64,000 bases of DNA from Bacillota bacterium (GTDB taxonomy: Bacteria; Bacillota; Clostridia; Christensenellales; SZUA-584), in assembly GCA_023391105.1 (NCBI GenBank), contig JAEWBO010000025.1:92335-156334 (forward strand), written 5' to 3'. The position numbers were made by a program, and so were the translations under genes. Below, one piece after another: positions 61,734 through 64,000 of this stretch. The notes beneath the pieces were generated by a model. That model worked only from the letters and a program-made list of their open reading frames with translations. It was not told the DNA's origin and did not search any database. Within the stretch, counting starts at the first letter, position 1, and each line of letters begins with the position of its first letter.

Positions 61734-64000
61734 ATGAGTGAGACAAACGATTTGTTAAATATTGATGCAAACAAAAAGTGGAAAGGTATGCTGAAGCTGA
61801 TTTCCGAGATCACGGAAAGTCCGGGTGCTTTTGTCATACGTTCAACTGTACAGGGCGCTGAAGTGATACTCAAAAGCTGCGGGAAGATCGGTATGGAGGG
61901 CACAGCCAACGCGCTGATGGCGGCTGCTGTTGAATATAGCAAAAAGGTGATAGACACACAAAAAAAGCTGATCGTGAACAACAGCCTGAAGGAAGATGAA
62001 TGGAAGCATATGACCCAGGGGCTGACGTCTTATATGGGATTTCCGATATTCTGGCCATCAAGACAGGTTTTTGGCGTGATCTGTATTCTTGATAAAAAGG
62101 AAACAAAGTTTTGGAACTGGTCTCAGCAGCTGCTCGCACAGTATGCCGCAGTCATGCAGGATGATCTGTCCTCAGCGATAGACAGACAGCGCCTTAAAGA
62201 ACAGGCGCAATCCCGGGTGCATGATGAAGAGGTACTCAGGCAAAAGGAGGAGCAGTTCAGGAAGATTTTTCAGTCCTCTCCGGCCGCGATATTGATATCG
62301 GCGCTTCGGGACGGCCGGATTGTTGACGCAAACGACAGCTATATGCGTCTGTTTGGATTTGAAAAAGAGGAGCTGATCGGCAGCTTCGGTTTCAAGCTCA
62401 GTATATTTGACGATCCAGAGGTTCGGGAAGTGATGGTGGGCAGGCTGGATAACGGTGAGACTGTTCGTGACTATGAGACCACGCTTTATACAAAAACGGG
62501 TGAGATGCGACAGGTGCTGATCTCTCTGGACAAAACGGTGTTTAATGACGAGCCGTGCCTGATCTACACTGTCTACGATTTAACGTCGGTCATTGCGCTC
62601 AAAGAAAACCTTAGACGAGTAAATGAGCAATATTCTCTTGCTTCGCGTGTGACACAGATGGGCACCTGGGACTGGGATTTGACGACCGGCGCCATGTCTT
62701 GGGACGCGCAAATGAGCGTTCTTTGCGGTGCAGACAGCACTGCTTTTTCGGGTACATTCGCGGATTGGCTGGCTTATGTGTATCCGGAAGACGTGATGAA
62801 GGTTCAGGAGCGGCTCTCCAAAACGGTACGTGGTCAGGAAGAGTACGAGGATGAATTCCGCATCGTCCGTAAGGATGGAGACATTCGGTATGTGAAATCG
62901 ATCGGTAACACTGTGCGTGATGATGCGGGCCGCGCGCTGCGTATGACAGGCGTCAATATTGATATCACGGCGGCCAAAAAGAATCAGATGAGGGTTCAGG
63001 AAAGCGAGGCGCGGTATCATTCCCTTTTTCATAACAACAACGCAGTACAAATTCTTGTGGACTGTGAGTCGGGCAGCATATGCGACGCGAACACAGCCGC
63101 GTGCCAGTATTATGGACTATCGGGCGATGAGGATAGAAAACTCTGGGATATCGATACGTGCAGTGAAAATACTGTCCGAGAAATGCTTCCCAAGGCGTTC
63201 GAAAAGGGCACGGATAGCTTCAACACACAGCACTACCGTTTCGACGGTCAGCAGCGTGATGTTGAAATTTTTGGGGGTCGTGTAGAAATTGACGGAAAAA
63301 AGCTGTTTCACATGATCGTGCAGGATATCGCGGAGCGAAAGCGCACAGAACGGGGCCTTATCGAGAGCGAGAAAAGATTCCGGCTTTTTGTAGAAAATGC
63401 GCCTGACGGGGTTTTTGTCGAGATGGACGGCGTGTTTTCATATGTGAACCATACGACGGTGGAACTGTTCGGGGCTGCCAGAGAGCAAGACCTTTTGGGA
63501 ACCCCGTTATATCCTTATTTTTCAGCGGCTTCGCAAAAAAAGATGGCAGCGCGCTTTCAGCGGCTGCATGTCAGCAAGAAACCGCTGCAGATGGTCAGAG
63601 AAACAATTATTCAGCCGGACGGCAGGCACGTTGAAGTGGAAATCTCGGCTGTGCCGTTTCAGCTGGGCGGAGAAGACGGTGCGCTTGTTTTTCTGCATGA
63701 CATCACCTTGCGCAAACAGCTTGAAAAAGAAAAGCTTAACATGGAGGCGCAGCTCAGGCAAAAGCAAAAGCTTGAGTCTATCGGCATACTTGCGGGCGGC
63801 GTGGCGCATGAGATCAACAATCCCGTGAGCGGCATTATCAATTATGCGCAGCTTATCACCGAATCGCCCGGGGTGGACGCCGATGTCATTGAGTTCGGTG
63901 GTGAGATCATCAAGGAAGGCCAGAGAATCGCAGGTATCGTGAAGAATCTTTTGAAATTTGCGCGGCAGGAGAAGCAGACGCATAGCCTCGCGCAGGTGAA
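61734..64000 (+). CDS. Partial CDS (3' end outside window): sensor histidine kinase with a GAF-like N-terminus, about four PAS/PAC domains and HisKA
   Basis: Frame checked by hand from ATG 61734 (in-frame TGA at 61713): MSETNDLLNID...GFPIFWPSRQVFGVICILDKK. PAS starts at EEQFRKIFQSSPAAI, YSLASRVTQMGTWDWD, EARYHSLFHNNNAV and EKRFRLFVENAPDGV. H-box GILAGGVAHEINNP (about 63800). It is absent from the ORF track because no stop lies inside the window. Confidence 0.85.
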   Translation, partial: MSETNDLLNIDANKKWKGMLKLISEITESPGAFVIRSTVQGAEVILKSCGKIGMEGTANALMAAAVEYSKKVIDTQKKLIVNNSLKEDEWKHMTQGLTSYMGFPIFWPSRQVFGVICILDKKETKFWNWSQQLLAQYAAVMQDDLSSAIDRQRLKEQAQSRVHDEEVLRQKEEQFRKIFQSSPAAILISALRDGRIVDANDSYMRLFGFEKEELIGSFGFKLSIFDDPEVREVMVGRLDNGETVRDYETTLYTKTGEMRQVLISLDKTVFNDEPCLIYTVYDLTSVIALKENLRRVNEQYSLASRVTQMGTWDWDLTTGAMSWDAQMSVLCGADSTAFSGTFADWLAYVYPEDVMKVQERLSKTVRGQEEYEDEFRIVRKDGDIRYVKSIGNTVRDDAGRALRMTGVNIDITAAKKNQMRVQESEARYHSLFHNNNAVQILVDCESGSICDANTAACQYYGLSGDEDRKLWDIDTCSENTVREMLPKAFEKGTDSFNTQHYRFDGQQRDVEIFGGRVEIDGKKLFHMIVQDIAERKRTERGLIESEKRFRLFVENAPDGVFVEMDGVFSYVNHTTVELFGAAREQDLLGTPLYPYFSAASQKKMAARFQRLHVSKKPLQMVRETIIQPDGRHVEVEISAVPFQLGGEDGALVFLHDITLRKQLEKEKLNMEAQLRQKQKLESIGILAGGVAHEINNPVSGIINYAQLITESPGVDADVIEFGGEIIKEGQRIAGIVKNLLKFARQEKQTHSLAQV

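Noticed and set aside
1-64000. Search for phage-defence, toxin-antitoxin, CRISPR-Cas, retron or prophage modules
   Set aside because: No repeat-spacer array was found. No Cas, RT, restriction/methylase, AAA-ATPase-nuclease pairs, small toxin/antitoxin pairs or phage structural genes were recognisable in any frame. Apart from the minor small and intergenic ORFs noted above, every ORF is accounted for by glycan synthesis, transport, catabolism, envelope or IS functions.

Overview
This 64-kb chromosomal window most likely comes from a Gram-positive anaerobe of the Firmicutes/Clostridia type. That is an inference from the rnj-ylbF-mltG-U32 gene order, lipoprotein signals and a DUF3048-type lipoprotein; the species cannot be determined.

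Layout:
(i) 1-5.6 kb: housekeeping genes (a partial phosphohexomutase-like CDS, RNase J, a YlbF-family protein, MltG, a U32/TrhP-like protein). Hand counts give roughly 55-60% GC.
(ii) 5.7-46.3 kb: a lower-GC, compositionally mosaic cell-surface glycan super-locus of about 40 kb, almost all on the + strand.
- It starts with the dTDP-L-rhamnose genes (rfbD-A-C-B).
- Next come the CDP-3,6-dideoxyhexose genes (rfbF-G-H). That operon continues with GtrA, an SDR, a YerE-like ThDP enzyme, an aldolase-like protein, a HAD phosphatase and a GtrB-like polyprenyl-P glycosyltransferase.
- A reversed GT-C membrane glycosyltransferase follows, flanked by IS256- and IS1595-family relics.
- Then there is a Wzx/Wzy-type block with duplicated GT pairs.
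- Then an ABC-transporter-type block: a frameshifted permease, an ATPase, 648-aa and 1159-aa multidomain GTs, and a coiled-coil methyltransferase.
- Last is a UDP-2-acetamido-2,6-dideoxy-L-hexose module.
- The locus ends at a strong terminator followed by an IS200.
(iii) 47-50 kb: an NMT1/SsuA-type ABC importer.
(iv) 50-57 kb: a LacI-linked cluster of fucI, a rhamnulokinase-like kinase, an SrlD-like SDR and a PHP protein.
(v) 57-61 kb: an ECF sigma pair, a lipoprotein and an NlpC/P60 hydrolase.
(vi) 61.7-64 kb: the 5' part of a GAF-like/multi-PAS histidine kinase. It is missing from the ORF track because it runs off the window.

I found no rRNA, tRNA, CRISPR array or recognisable phage-defence or toxin system. 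The most novel-looking content is the predicted branched-dideoxyhexose plus Gtr-type decoration cassette, and the ABC-type polymerase/terminator block. All functional calls come from motif recognition by eye, because no database search was possible.
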